Shown: piece by piece, positions 26,071-39,602 of the stretch
Numbering within the stretch: the first letter of the stretch is position 1
Layout of the letters: each line of letters starts with the position of its first letter
Assembly (NCBI RefSeq): GCF_006345805.1
Contig: NC_043020.1
Span: 2,666,001 to 2,730,000, forward strand
DNA from: Octopus sinensis
Taxonomy: Eukaryota
Direction: 5' to 3'
DNA length: 64,000 bases
The notes under the pieces: model-generated
Told to the model about the DNA's origin: nothing
The model's database searches: none
Seen by the model: the letters and a program-made list of their open reading frames with translations, nothing else
Made by a program: the position numbers and the translations under genes

Positions 26071-27474
26071 ATTGATACATATTGTTTAGGATATAAGAAT
26101 TTAGAAATTTCAAGCAATACAAAATAAAGCCTTTTTTCATGATAGAAATCAAAGTAGGTGAAGCTATAAATGGCATATATAGAATGTTGAGTTAAAAAAA
26201 AGCCCTTAGATGGGGAAAGACAGTTAATGACAATTATTCACAGCATTATCTACTTTTGAATGTTCCACTGTTAAAAAAAACATACATACACATATATATC
26301 TGTGTGTGTGTGTGTGTATCATCATCATCATTTAACGTCCGCTTTCCATGCTAGCATGGGTTGGACGATTTTGACTGAGGGCTGGCGAACCAGATGGCTG
26401 CACCAGGCTCCAATTTTGATCTGTCCTTAGCAGGAATTGAACCAAGAACATAAAGGGCTGGAATAAAAATACCACTGAGCATTTTATTCAACGTTCTGAC
26501 AATTCTGCCAAATGGTAAAATCATTAACAGACTGGACAAAAGTCTTCAGCAACATTTCGTCGTGTTAACGTTCTGAGCTCAAATTCTGGCGGCGTCGACT
26601 TTGCCTTTCATCACTTCGGGGTCAAAAAGTACCAGTTGAGCACTGGGGTCGATGTAATCGACTAATATCCTACCTTAAAATATCAGGCTGATAGCAGAAA
26701 GAAATATATACAAATAAATATATGTTGAAAAACTTGAATTATCTTTATGAATTTGTTTCGCAAGGTCCCTGATGTGAAACATATTGTTATAATTAGGGAA
26801 GGCGGCGAGCTGGCAGAAACGTTAGAACGCCGGGCGAAATGTGTGGCCGTATTTCGTTTGCCGTTCTGAGTTCAAATTCCGCCAAGGTCGACTTTGCCTT
26901 TCATCTTTTCGGGGTCGATAAATTAAGTACCAGTTACGCACTGGGGTCGACGTAATCGACTTAATCCGTTTGTCTGTCCTTGTTTGTCCTCTCTGTGTTT
27001 AGTCCCTTGTGGGTAGTAAAGAAATAGAAACAGATATTGTTATATTTAGGGAGAGTCACAAAGAAAAAAGACCGTCCTGAAATATAACAATAACTTGAAT
27101 TATCTCCCTTAGACTGTTTTATGTTAGAATTACCGTTTTGCTTTATTATAAGACATGCAAACTTCTAAACTGATGGAAAGAATCGAATAATGGATTCTGC
27201 TAGAACAAAAGAAAAAAAGTGGGCGATGATGATGTGGAAATAAGATACTGCAATTTAAAACAACAGAAAAATTTGGCGGAATTTTAGTTTAAGTAACCTG
27301 TATAACCTCTTGTAGCTTTTTCACTCATCGGAATTTTCAGAAAACTTTTGCAAATTTGTGTTCTACACACGGGAATTCATGGAACTGAGGTGGGGGGGAA
27401 GGGGTTTTTTTCTGCGCTTTGAAGAATTCATCAGCACCTGATACTTTCCTCGTTCCATTGTCACTGACATCTCT

Positions 27475-27865
27475 TTACTTGTTTCAGTCATTTGACTGCG
27501 GCCATGCTGGAGCATCACCTTTAGTCGAGCAAATCGACCCCAGGATTTATTCTTTGTAAGCCTAGTACTTATTCTATCAGTGTCTTTTGCCGAACCGCTA
27601 AGTTACGGGGACTTAAACACCAGCATCGGTTGTCAAGCGATGTTGGGGGGGGGGGACAAACAGATACACACACATATATATATACACATATACATATATA
27701 CGACGGGCTTCTTTCAGTTTCCGTCTACCAAATCTACTCACAAGGCTTTGGTCGACCCGAGGCTATAGTAGAAGACACTTGCCCAAGGTGCCACGCAGTA
27801 GGACTGAACCCAGAACCGTGTGGTTGGTAAACAAGTTACTTACCACACAGCCACTCCTACGCCCT
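27475..27865 (-). mobile_element. tRNA-derived SINE (GGAGTGGCTGTGTGG...CCTTGGGCAAGT family)
   Basis: Copies at 63778-63945(+), 54637-54990(+), 57910-58072(-), 46735-46835(+), 9030-9180(+), 30450-30610(+) and a tail at 355-560(-). Confidence 0.85.
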
Positions 27866-28299
27866 GATCAAGGAGATCTATAGTCAAAGGTGTCCCAGCT
27901 GTGACCATCCTGTCTTATTTTCAAACACACATCTACAACTACATTATTCAACGTACTCTGCTTTTTTGTTTTTCATTTTATTATTTCTAAATCAGCAGGG
28001 TGTAATTTATGAGAGATTTAGCTACTGTTTCAAGCAGATCAAGGCTCTGCTGTGTCGTGTAAATAGTAACACAATCTCTCAGCCAAAGATATTCACATGG
28101 ATCAGTTCCATCACTAGACCTGGTGCTCTTTCCACTCTCAGATCTGGAATTTCTTATATTCAACTTATTCCTTCACTGGTTTCAGGCATTGGACTCTGGC
28201 CATGCTGGGGCATCAACTTTAAGGGCTTAATTACTCATACCAATCTCAGTACTTATTTAAGTTTGGTAATTAATTTATCACCCCTACACCATCACAGGC

Positions 28300-28590
28300 C
28301 ATTCTGGAGTGGTGGGGTGCTATGAAGCAGTGGTCAATACCCAAGACTTTTAGAGATCATTCTAGAATGGTAAGGCACTATGAGGCAGGAGTTACTACCC
28401 ATAACATTTACAGATCATTCTGGGGGTACTGAGGTCATTGTAGAAGCAGAGGTCACTACCAAGACCTTCAGAGATCATTCTAGAACGGTGAGGTACTATG
28501 AGGCAAGGGTCGATACCCATAACATTTGTAGGTCATTCTAGAGGCAGAGGTCTATCCCCAAGGCCCTCCTGACTATTCCAGAGTAGTGGG
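28300..28590. repeat. Minisatellite of about 58-bp units (about 4.5 copies)
   Basis: Units start with CATTCT(A/G)G and end with AG(A/G)T; alternate units are more alike. Confidence 0.75.
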
Positions 28591-31419
28591 ATACAATAGG
28601 AGCAAACCTGGGGCTAAAACAACAATATCATGATCAGTTATAAACACTCAGTTTCTACATTACTTACTTAAACCAAAGGCCATTCGTCAAATGTCAGGCC
28701 GGTGCCAGTGAGACTTTAATTGACACCTCTCATCTGTCAGCTTTCAAAACCAAATCATAACATTCACATAAACACGTAAATCATACACTGCTAGCGTCCC
28801 GTCCCCAACATTCGGTTTACAAACTTAATTTATTTTATTTTCACAAATCAAAAAGCTTCTTTGCATTGAAATCCCATTATGGTCTCTTGGATTCTTAGCT
28901 TCTAGGTTATGATCCTCCAGTTCCTCAGCCCAGCTGATTAAAAATGCAATATGCTTAATTCAGGCAGTACTTAATTAAAATAGTCAATTACATGCCATAT
29001 TTAATATATATATATATGTATATATATATAAGTGACAGAGCTGTATTAGTACCGAGAGGTAATATTTTATCCTCACTTAAACAAGGATGTTTTGTTAGAA
29101 CAAGGTATACTGTGGTAGTCAGCACGAGAGACACTCTCATATAGGCCTTTGGCTCGAAATGCATTCTTGTTTATGAGGGAAATAAGTCCACTCCTTTTCC
29201 AACTGGGGTATCCATGAATCTCCTCAATAGCAAGACCCCTCTATCATACTCTAACCTCTCATCACCCAGTACAAAGCCACCCCTCTCAAGACTATTCCTC
29301 ACCCACTCACTTAAGGGGTCTTGCCTTGTGAGTTACTTGATGACCTCATGAGTTCCGGGGTCAAATAGAAAGCCACTGGTATACTCTGTAAATTGGCTGG
29401 CATTAGGAAGGGCATCCAGCCATAGAAACCCTACCAAGGAAGACATTGGAGCTTGCTGCAGTCTTCTGGCTTGCCTGCTCCTGTGAAACCTTCCAAGCCA
29501 TACCAGCATGGAAAATGGGTGTTTAATAATGACGGTGATGATGATGATGACACAGACACACGCAGAAAGAGAAAAATATAACAAAGTCAGTCAGGAAGAA
29601 TAATGAAGGAGAGTGAGTTGGATTAAAGAATAAAAGACTAACCAAAAGAAGACAAAATGAAACACAAGAAAATGGAGCAAGGGCTTGAAGCGAAAGGAAT
29701 CCATGTTCTATTTGATAAGTCCTACATGAGTAAAATGTGTGCGTTGGAGCAAGAGATCTTCAACCACTTTAGCTGGCCTAAATTACTGATAGCTCATCAA
29801 ATAATACGCCTGCTGGATTTGAGCTTTAGTCAATCATATCAACCGCAACATTTTATCGATCTTTATTTTATATCTATGAGAAGGAGAGTGAAAACAATTT
29901 AAATAACAATAATTTTTTGTTTTAACTTTGTCATCACGTTACATTACTTTGTAATTTAGGAGAATAAAAATTTCCATCCTTTGTTATCAAAGCACTTTCT
30001 ATCAGTTTTTGATAAAAAAAAGTATGAATTGGCTATTTCTTTTGTGTTTTTGAAAATAGACTTCTAATCATAAAAAAACTGGCATACCATCAGTTCTGAC
30101 AACAATGGTTTTAGTTGATCCAGTCAACAGAACAGCCTGCTCATGGAATGTGCAAGCGGTTGAGCACTCCACAGACACATATACTCTTAACATAGTGCTC
30201 AGGAATGTTACATGGAATGTAGCAAGGCTGACCCTCCAGGGCAAAATGTACTGCTTACCTGGGGGGACGGGGGGGGCTGCTAAGACAGACCTGGATGCAG
30301 CAGCCCTCTCATCAAAACTGAGCCAGCCATGCACATCACTCTTTTATTCTGTCAAATTCCCTTGCTCACAAAACATAGAAACTCCTCTAAATTCATGAAC
30401 TTTACATTCAAAAGGTTGTCAAACATGAAAAGAGTCAAATTCAGATGTCCGTGGCTGTGGTAAGGAGCTTGTTTCTCAACCACATGACACATAATTCTGG
30501 GTTCAGTCCCACAATGTGGCACCTCAGGTAAGTGTCTCTAACTATAGCCTCAGGACAACCAAAGTTTTGTGAATGAATTTCTTAGACAGAAACTGAAAGA
30601 AGCCTGTCATATATATATCATCTTTTCACATCTGAATGGGTGGGACGGTTTGACAGGAGCTGGCCAGACTTCGTGGCTGTTTTGACACACTTTTTACAGC
30701 TGGATGCCCTTCCTAACACCAACCACCCAGCAGAATGGATTGAGTGCTTTTTATGTAGCAGAAGGCAAGGTCAGTTTTGGTAAGGTCTTTACAGCTGGAT
30801 GCCCTTCCAAATGCCAACCACTTTACAGTGTGGACTGGGTGCTTTTTAAGTGGCACCTGCACTGGCAGGGTCACCAGGTAACCTACAAGACAAAGATCCT
30901 TTGAGAGGAGAGGTGGCATTGGAGGAGGAGGGGATCTTGTGTCAGATGAGGAAAGGTTATATTGAGACAGAGAGATGGAAACAGGTGTCTTGCTGTAGGG
31001 GAAGTACATGGTTACCCAGCCAAAAGGAGAGAGACAAAGATCAGGAATGAGGAGAGAAACAGGTGTGCTGCTGCAAAGGAGATACATGGCCATCCAACCT
31101 GAGGGAAGGGCAGGAGAAGGAAAGAGAGAGTGGAAGAGAGCAGGATGATAGAGATGGTGGCAAATTGCCAGGCATACTCACAAGGGTTGAGGGATCAGAG
31201 TATGAATGGGACGGTTGAGTAAAGTGGGAGCTATAGATGGTGGAAAGTGCCAGAGCATACCCTTGGGATTCAAATAAGTGGCAGGATATTGTCAAAGAAG
31301 TGTGGTTAGTGAGTACGGAAGAGGAGTGGGAGTGGTGAAAACCCAAGTATATATAGAGTGGGTGGGAGTAAATAAAAAACAAAATAAATAATTTTTTTTC
31401 ACAAAGTAAATAATTTGGG

Positions 31420-31757
31420 GGATCTTTTCGGTTTGAATGGCAGTTTTTTTTAATAATTCCCACGTAACTAAACGGTTAATATCTATAGTTTGTAAGATAT
31501 TTGTTGGTTCTTTTTCTTCAATTTCTGCAATTTCAACCAATCATTGACGTCTATTGAGGTAAAAAAAAAACATATGTCCCTCATTTAAGAAACAGATTGG
31601 GTTTATTTACATTTGTGAAGAAAAAAAGATACCCTTCTCCCCACCCCTAACCCTAAAACAGATTGAAATGCAATAGATCGATACTAGGGTCATAATTATG
31701 GGTGACAATTTCATAAGACACCGCTAGAAGAAACTGTCGTTCAAACCGAAAAGATCC
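31420..31757. mobile_element. MITE with about 27-bp TIRs and an internal CCCTAACCCTAA
   Basis: GGATCTTTTCGGTTTGAATGGCAGTTT ... AAACTGTCGTTCAAACCGAAAAGATCC; a solo TIR recurs at about 35910-35940. Confidence 0.85.
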
Positions 31758-32086
31758 GATTTTTGTTAAACAAAGTTATTAAAACACAAAAACACAAAGT
31801 ACGGATCGACTAGTCATGACTAGCTGGCGCGGATGCGCGACTACGCGAGTGCGCGCACCGGGACCACTGTTCTCAAGTAAGGTCGATAAAATAAAGTACC
31901 AGTCAAATACCGAAGATTAGTTTGTATGCCTATAATTGAACGTAGATGTAAAAATAGAATTACAAATAAAAGATTGTTTCCTCTCAGACAAATATCTAGA
32001 TTTGGGTTAACAAATGAAAATTTCGTTTCTATTAAAAATTAAAGAAATAGAAAATACCGATTAACATAGAGATTATTATGCCTTAC

Positions 32087-32230
32087 CTTTCTTTTCCTAA
32101 TTATATTCTAAAGTGCGACTTTGATGTCCAAAAGATCGTAATTAGAACTTTTGGCTGAGTTTACAGAGATTCCACACAAACAAAACATGTCAAAAACCCC
32201 GCCAATTCCGCGAGATCTCGAGAGATCTCA
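32087..32230 (-). promoter_or_regulatory. Putative RECQL4 promoter and non-coding exon 1
   Basis: Minus-strand donor AAG|GTAAGG at 32087/32086; E2F-like TTGGCGGG and TCTCGCGGAA / TCTCGAGA motifs at about 32197-32230; unique sequence among repeats; RECQL4 needs an upstream exon. Confidence 0.5.
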
Positions 32231-32373
32231 GAAAAACCATCGTCAACATAATCATCATCATCGTCATAATTAACTTTCCCATAAATAAGCTTCATTTTGT
32301 TTTTCTTTTCTGCTATAATTGGTTTCAAATTTTAGGGAAGTGGTTAAGTGTTCAACTGGTACTTATTTTATCG

Positions 32374-32637
32374 GGTACTACTTGAGTACAGTGGTCCTGG
32401 TGCGCGTACTCGCGTACTAGCACACCCGCGCTTACTAGTCATGACTAGTCGATCCTTACTTTGTATTTTTGTGTTACTTACTTTGTTCAATAAATTTGTG
32501 TTTTGTTTACTTAGTTTAACAAAAATTATTTTTTGTTTTATTTACTTTGCTAGGTAGTCGTTGTAGGATCGATTAGTCACGACTAGCTAGCGACTACGCG
32601 AGTGCGCAAACCGGGACCCCTGTTCTCAAGTAGTACC
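32374..32637. mobile_element. CpG-rich MITE with long imperfect TIRs
   Basis: GGTACTACTTGAG...CTCAAGTAGTACC ends; arms contain GACTAGTCATGACTAG and CGCGAGTGCGC; a further arm copy lies at 31760-31880. Confidence 0.75.
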
Positions 32638-35600
32638 TTAAATTTTAGGGAAGTGGGTAAGTCTTCAACTGGTATTTATTTTATCGACCTCGAAAAGACG
32701 AAGGGCAAGGTTAAACTCAGAACGTAAAGACGGACAGAATGATTTTTGGTAATTAAGAAAGTTTTCTAAACGGTTTTAGTTTATTATAATTTTTCTGAAG
32801 ACCGAAATAATTAAAAAAAAAACCTTTCTCTGTAACTTGGATACCATAGAGTCCAAGGTTTTTATAATTCTTTCTGGTATAGGCACAAGACCTGAACTTT
32901 TAGGGGAAGTGGCTAGTCAATAACAGTACTTGATAGAAATTTATTTTATCGACCCGAAAGGATGACGAAGTCAACCTTAGCGGTATTCGAACTCGAGATG
33001 TAAAGACCCGGAAGAAATACCGCAATGCATATTTTCCGACGCTCTAACAATCCTGCTAGCTCACCGCCTTCTCTTTTATAATTAATAAATTTGTGGCAAT
33101 TAGGAAAATATTCTTAACAATTTTAGTTTATTTTGATTTTTCTAAAAGCGGAAATAATTTAATTTTTAAAAAATACCCTTTTCTAAAACTCAGGTATCTT
33201 AAGGGTAACTTAAGTTTCGGGTTTATATTAATAACAGCGAGAAAAGCGGGGAAGAAGCATGATTTGCGATTGAATGGCATTCGTTTTGTTCTCATGAACA
33301 AACATCTATGAAGTGATGAGGGAAAAAAGAAAAACCTGGTATGAAATACAGCAGGAAGACTGAAAATTTATTTGGTATCAGGCCACAGATTTATAAGGCA
33401 GTAATTAATTAGTGTGTACTGTGTGTGTGTGTGTGTGTGTGAAAGAGAGACAGACAAAACTTTTATGGGCATACCTACACAATAATGCCCCCTGATTTTG
33501 TTTCCTCATAACTTTCAGAAAAATGCATATTTTGTAATGAAATTTTCTACAAATAGCTTTCAGATAATTTAAATTAAGATTATATCGGAATTTAATGTGA
33601 AAAACGTTGAGGGAAGGGGCAAATATTCACTGCATCTCGATTTTGTTTCCTCATACGTTTTAATGTAATTTACAATTAAGTTGAGAAAAATTATTGTTGA
33701 GGACTATTCCTCCCATGGAATTTCCTAAATGAATATTATTCTTAACAAGAAGAAATTTTCCAGAAAATCCGGCATAATTTGGAAAAAATTTATCATAGGT
33801 GAATTTGTTGGTATAGGCCTAATCCCTGCTATTTCTGGCATACTAAATGACCGTAAAGGATGGGCTACTTTTGAGTTTGTTTTAAAAAAGAAAAAGTTTT
33901 TCCCAACAAATTCCGACATTATCGTTATCTACGCCATATGAAACGTTATCGGCGAAAGTAAAGAATACGTACAACCGATGTTTAGGGTTAGGGGGCGGAT
34001 GTAAAGAATGCGGACCGCACCCCCTTTGGGTTTTGTTGTTGTTTTTTTGTTACAGAATCCCCCATTTTCGAATATGGAGATTCTGATTCTGCAGAAAAAA
34101 GGCATTTTAAAATTTTAATTTCCCCACCATCATCACCACCACTACTCCCTTCCTCCAAAATTCCTAAATTTCCCCCCCTTTTTTTTTTCGAAATACCTAG
34201 TAAAATAGGTATTTTGAAAAAAAAATTCTGAAAAGAATGAAAATTTAAGAATTGGACGGGGGAATTACATATATACATACATACACACACATACATACAC
34301 ACATACATACATCATACATACACACACACATACATACATACACACATACATACACACACACATACATACATACATACATACATACATACATACATACATA
34401 CATACATACATACATACACACATACATACATACATACATTGGCAGTTGTGGAAATCAGCTGTCCAGTGGATGTATGTATGCATGTATGTATGTATATACA
34501 TGAGTGTGTGTGTGTTTCTGTACATATATGTTCGTGCTCGCGCAAACACAATATTTATACGGATGTATATTTCTCAGTATTCAGTAAACTAAATGACCTG
34601 TCAGTATTAACACGAAATTCAGACATAGAGAAAGTGCAATGTAAGAGGACGGACTAACAGAGAGATGGCGATATACTGTCAATATTATAAGTCGATACAT
34701 GTATGAATGTCTGTTTTAATCAGTTTGTTAACAGCGGCTCATAAATGGCACGCAAACATGCCTTTCGGAGAGGGGCACTGTTGATTATATGAGATACCAA
34801 CCAGGACGTGTAAAATAGCACTTAGTTTATCTACCGCGAAATGATGAAAGGCAAATGAGGGAGAGCGTTGGGATTTAAAGTCAGAAAGCAAAAAGGCCGC
34901 CACTAAATAGCGTAAGGTACTTAATACGACCCAACAGATTTTGCTAATTATAACATAGCAGAAATTCCCTGTATTTTAAGGGAGGGGTAAATGTAAGGAA
35001 CTAACTACTTATACACCGCAAAAGCCATAATTTATTTTGCACACTTTACAAAATACTTTCGTGCTGTAAAACATAATTACATCTTTTACTGGACTCTTAG
35101 TTGTTAATTGTTAATAATTGGTGTTAAAGGTAAATTTAGACAATGCTAAAAATTAAATTACCATTGTGCTATAATTTTCATTATGGCACTGTGTTAATTT
35201 AATTTTTAGCCTCTTTCTCTGCCCCTCCCCACTCTCGCTCTCACGCGATGAAATTTTTAATTAATTTTTCATTTTACTCAGTATAAAACATGATTTAACA
35301 AAAGTAATATGACTTATGACACTAACTGAAAGCTTTCAGTTTTTGCAAAAACTTTTAAAATTTGAGGAGTTTGTTACTTTTGTTGGTAGAGGAGGTGTAC
35401 GCAATTTGGATGGGAAAAGATTAGTGACTTCGAAGCATCGCCTGGTTGGTATATAGTTTAAGAAGCTATCCAAGCGAAACTTTTAAGTCACTATTATCTT
35501 TTACTATCCAAAATAAATATTTGAGTCGTTTATTCGGCATAACTAGATTCCTGCCCCCCACCACCGATTTTGGATGACCATAACTTTTAAAAAAATAGAT

Positions 35601-36776
35601 ATGAAATTTTCTACGAATATGTTATATCATGTAGATTCCGAATATATAAAATTTGGTGGGTGGAGTGTTTTAGGAGGAGGTGGGATAGGGAATTTCGGAA
35701 AATTCACCGGAGTCCACTTCAATTCTTGTTAACTTTCAAGAAAATGGATATTTTTTAATGAAATTCTTTACAAATATACCTCGGACTATGTAGATTCCGA
35801 AAACATGGGAATTTTGGAGGAAAACAATTGGGGGTTATTTTTGAGAACCGTTAGTCCATATTTATTTCATTTTCTCCGTTTTGTACATCCGTAGATTTCT
35901 ACCCCTTAGAAAAAAACTGCCGTTCAAACCGAAAAGATCCACTGTAACTTCTTGTTATTAATAAAAACGTATATATATATATATATATACTCGTATTTCT
36001 ACTCTATTTTCCTATCTGCATCACCCACACACACCCCAAGATAGACAGATAGATATTTAGACAGGTACAGTGAGCTCTAACTGGTTCATAATATCGAGAT
36101 TTTTCAAGTGAAATGATATCTCTATCTTCTTACTACGATGAACTCTGTACTCAGGTTCATTCATTACTGTATCCCTTTACTACACAGTATAATACACTCT
36201 CTCTCTCTCTCTCTCTTCATTCACTCCATCTCTGTGTTAGTAGTGCATTTCAACATTCTGGTTTACCCTGCTTCCCTATACATATCCCCCCCCCATCTTT
36301 CTCTCCCCCCTGCTCGATCTATCACCTTCTACACCCGTATCTATCTCTCTTTCTAATCCTTAACGCTTTACCACCACCACCACCGCCACGACCTCCTTCT
36401 CCTCAACCTCTCTCTTCAACTCCTTCCACACGTTCTCTCTTTCTCTTCCTCCCTTCCCCCTCTCTCTTTTTCCATCTCATATTACTCCACAATATTTCTT
36501 ACCTCTTCCTTTTACCTATTTATAGACCTTTGCCCCCTCCTTTCTCACCGAACACGCACTATCACACACACACACATATATATATACACCATACATATAT
36601 AAATATCCACACACACACACACACATATATATATACATAAATATAAATATATATATATACACACACACATATACATATATATATATATATACACACATAT
36701 ATATATCTACACACACATATACATATCTACACACACACACACATATAAATATACACACACACATATATATATATCT

Positions 36777-36854
<78 letters not shown>

Positions 36855-36881
36855 TTTATTTTAAGCAGCAGAAAATTCAAC

Positions 36882-36929
36882 AAAATCTGTTACTCTGAGT
36901 TTCTCGTTGCCGTTCATCGGACAGTTTTT
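36882..36929 (-). ncRNA. Minimal hammerhead-like motif next to (TA)n
   Basis: Minus strand AAAAACTGT-CCGATGA-ACG GCAA CGA-GAAAC-TCAGA-GTA/ACAGATTTT; U4 is C; a related, more decayed copy lies at 53556-53596(+). Confidence 0.55.
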
Positions 36930-37149
36930 GTTAGAATGGAACTTATATATTAATTCAATCTATACTCTTACAAACGCTACATATATATATATCAACACGC
37001 ATACATTTACACACATTCATATACATTATATGCATTGCATATCTTTTATTGTTTAAAACTGTTTTGTCATCACATCAACACCATCATCATCATCACTATC
37101 ATCATCATCACTACCACCATCACCACCACAATTAACAACATAGTAGTGC

Positions 37150-37398
37150 CCGGCTTCCCCCCTACTTCCCTCTCTATACGTTCGGGCGAGAGCATTCTGC
37201 TGCAGAACAACCATCCTCCACCGACCAGCCAGCCTGACAGTATATATATATATATTACACACGCACACACAGACACATATATCTCTTCATATACACTCGA
37301 TCAACTTCAGTATTTAGTGTTGTGGTGTAGTTTACTGCAGACATTCTAAAGCAAACCTACCATTCACCTCTCTTCACCAAACTAATTCACAGTGAGTA
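37150..37398 (+). other. Possible non-coding first exon of a plus-strand gene
   Basis: Unique CT-rich stretch ending in a donor-like ACA|GTGAGT; no downstream coding exon found in the window. Confidence 0.25.
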
Positions 37399-39401
37399 AG
37401 CGATTTTATTTCCCCACTTTAATTGCTGCATCTATCTATCATGTATATATAATTTCTCAATGTAAATGCATTTATTTATTAATTTATGTAAAACCATTAC
37501 ACATAGTGATTATACATATATACAGCTGTCGATATATATAATACATATATATAATTATATATACCGGTGTATATAGTCTAATTGTGTAATTAACATCTTT
37601 GTTTCATATACTACAGTTTTATTTTATGTGTATATACACATTAATTATATATATATATGTATATATACAGCTATATACGTAAAAGCATAATCCTGATTAT
37701 TGCCTTTACCGGTTTAGAAGCCTCAATCATGATAATCTTTTCCAAGAAGTCTCTATGTGGTTGCACGACTTACTAGAAATAGAAACCAAAGCTCCTTCAA
37801 ACCATATCTTGCCTACAGACTTCATAAAAAAAAAGGCCCCGAGACTGGATAATGTGTTCCTAGATAGATTATTTGAAACAAAGACTATAGTGGTCACAGC
37901 TGGAACGTCTCTGATCGTAAGTCTATTCGATCGATTAGAGCTGACCTGGGGCAAAATAACAAGCTATGTTAATTTCTTTTTTTAATTATTATTATTTTTA
38001 ATAATAATAATGATTGTTCCTAACATACAAGATCTGAAATTTTGTGAGAGAGTGTTAAACAATTATATCAACCCCGGTACTTGAATAATTTTCTTTTCTC
38101 GGTTCGTGCTTGTGCCTCATGTAGGCATAGTAGGATAGCTCTGTAGTTAAGGAGTTCGATTCCCAGTGAAGTGGCTTTGAGGGTCGAGTTGATTAATTCC
38201 TTGAATGTGAAAGTCGAAAGATAGAAATCGGCGCAGAAGCCATAACGCTCGCGTATATAATCAGTATATATATATATATGTGTGTGCATATATATATATA
38301 TTAACCGGTGATGTGTGCTTGTGATAAGCATAAATTATTCGATAAATCTAGCTGAAATAAGTCAATATGGTTGTGTGAAGCCCTTAAAGGCTGTAACCCC
38401 ATCATGGCCAAGGCCTACTAATTGAAACCGTGCCATGTTCAGTCGCTAACACCTCTCTCGCCTTTTTAATTAAGATCGAGTAAATCTTGCTATGGCTTTG
38501 TTTTTCTTGGTGATTTATTGTAGGCAGGGCAGCACCCACGGATTTTAGGATATCCAACTCGCTAAGCGGAAGAGAGTAGGTTATCCTCGGACCCGCTCGA
38601 AAGATTAAAACAGCGCGAACTCCGTTATAAGTAATTAAGGACTAGGGGATAATCTTCAAGTGCGATAAAAAAATATTAAAAAATGGGGGATCTCCCTCAG
38701 TTCCATCCATCAATTTCATTCACAAGGCTTTGGTCGACTCGAAAGGTTCTTGCGGCGGGATTGAACCCGAGGCTTTGTTGCAAAGCTAACTTCTTGAAAA
38801 CAGCCACAAAATAGTAATTTCCACAATTTTTGCGCGGCTGGTGGTCCTTAACGGTTGTTAATCCCAGACCAGCTCTGATCTAGTATTCTGTATGATCAAA
38901 AAGCATTCCTGCTAGGACTATCCCATCTCCTAGTATGTAGGACTGCATAAGCTGAGGTATCCTTTTCCTTGCTTTAAGTGGTTCGACTTGATTTGAGGAA
39001 AGTTTAGAAGGAATTTGTTGCCGGTCAAACCATCACACAGACACTCCTTTATTGGCTTATTCAAATTTGAGCATCACATGAGCTATCGTGGTCGCACAAC
39101 ATGCTAGTAGTAGCAGCCAAATCTCCTTCATCACATTCCCAACGTTTGAAATAAGGGAAAATTATTCTGGACAGTGTACTCCAGACGCAATGTCTGAAAA
39201 TGTGAAGTTCATGTCTGGATTGTCTTTCATTATGGATGCTTTTGATGTACGCTGAGTATTAACCCTTTGCCTCTCCCAAATATTTTCATAAGTTTGTCCT
39301 AAACGTCCCTGCTTGTTTTCAGACTTTTGGTTGTCTCTTGTTTTATGCCTTCTGAGTAATATAAAGCTTTCCTTTCATAAGTCCCAGGTTACTGTCTAAT
39401 G

Positions 39402-39602
39402 CAGTGGTTTTCAACCAGGGTTCCGCCAGTACAGTCCAGGGGTTCCGCAAGAAGTTACAAAAATACTAAAATCGGCTGTAATTTTTAATTCTCCTGTGCA
39501 GATATGTGTGCATAAGACTATTAAATTATTGCACAGGGGTTCCTTGAACCAGTGGAATGTTTCCTTGGGGTTCCGCTCCAGCAAAAAGGTTGAAAAGCAC
39601 TG
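39402..39602. mobile_element. hAT-Charlie-like MITE
   Basis: TIRs CAGTGGTTTTCAACC / GGTTGAAAAGCACTG; degenerate 8-bp flanks GTCTAATG / CTGTAGTG. Confidence 0.8.

Noticed and set aside
28300-28590. CRISPR-like array
   Set aside because: Eukaryotic context; units are homologous along their whole length with no unique spacers and no cas genes.
29095-29175. Additional hammerhead near a TA run
   Set aside because: GAAA and a possible stem I are present but there is no acceptable CUGANGA core.
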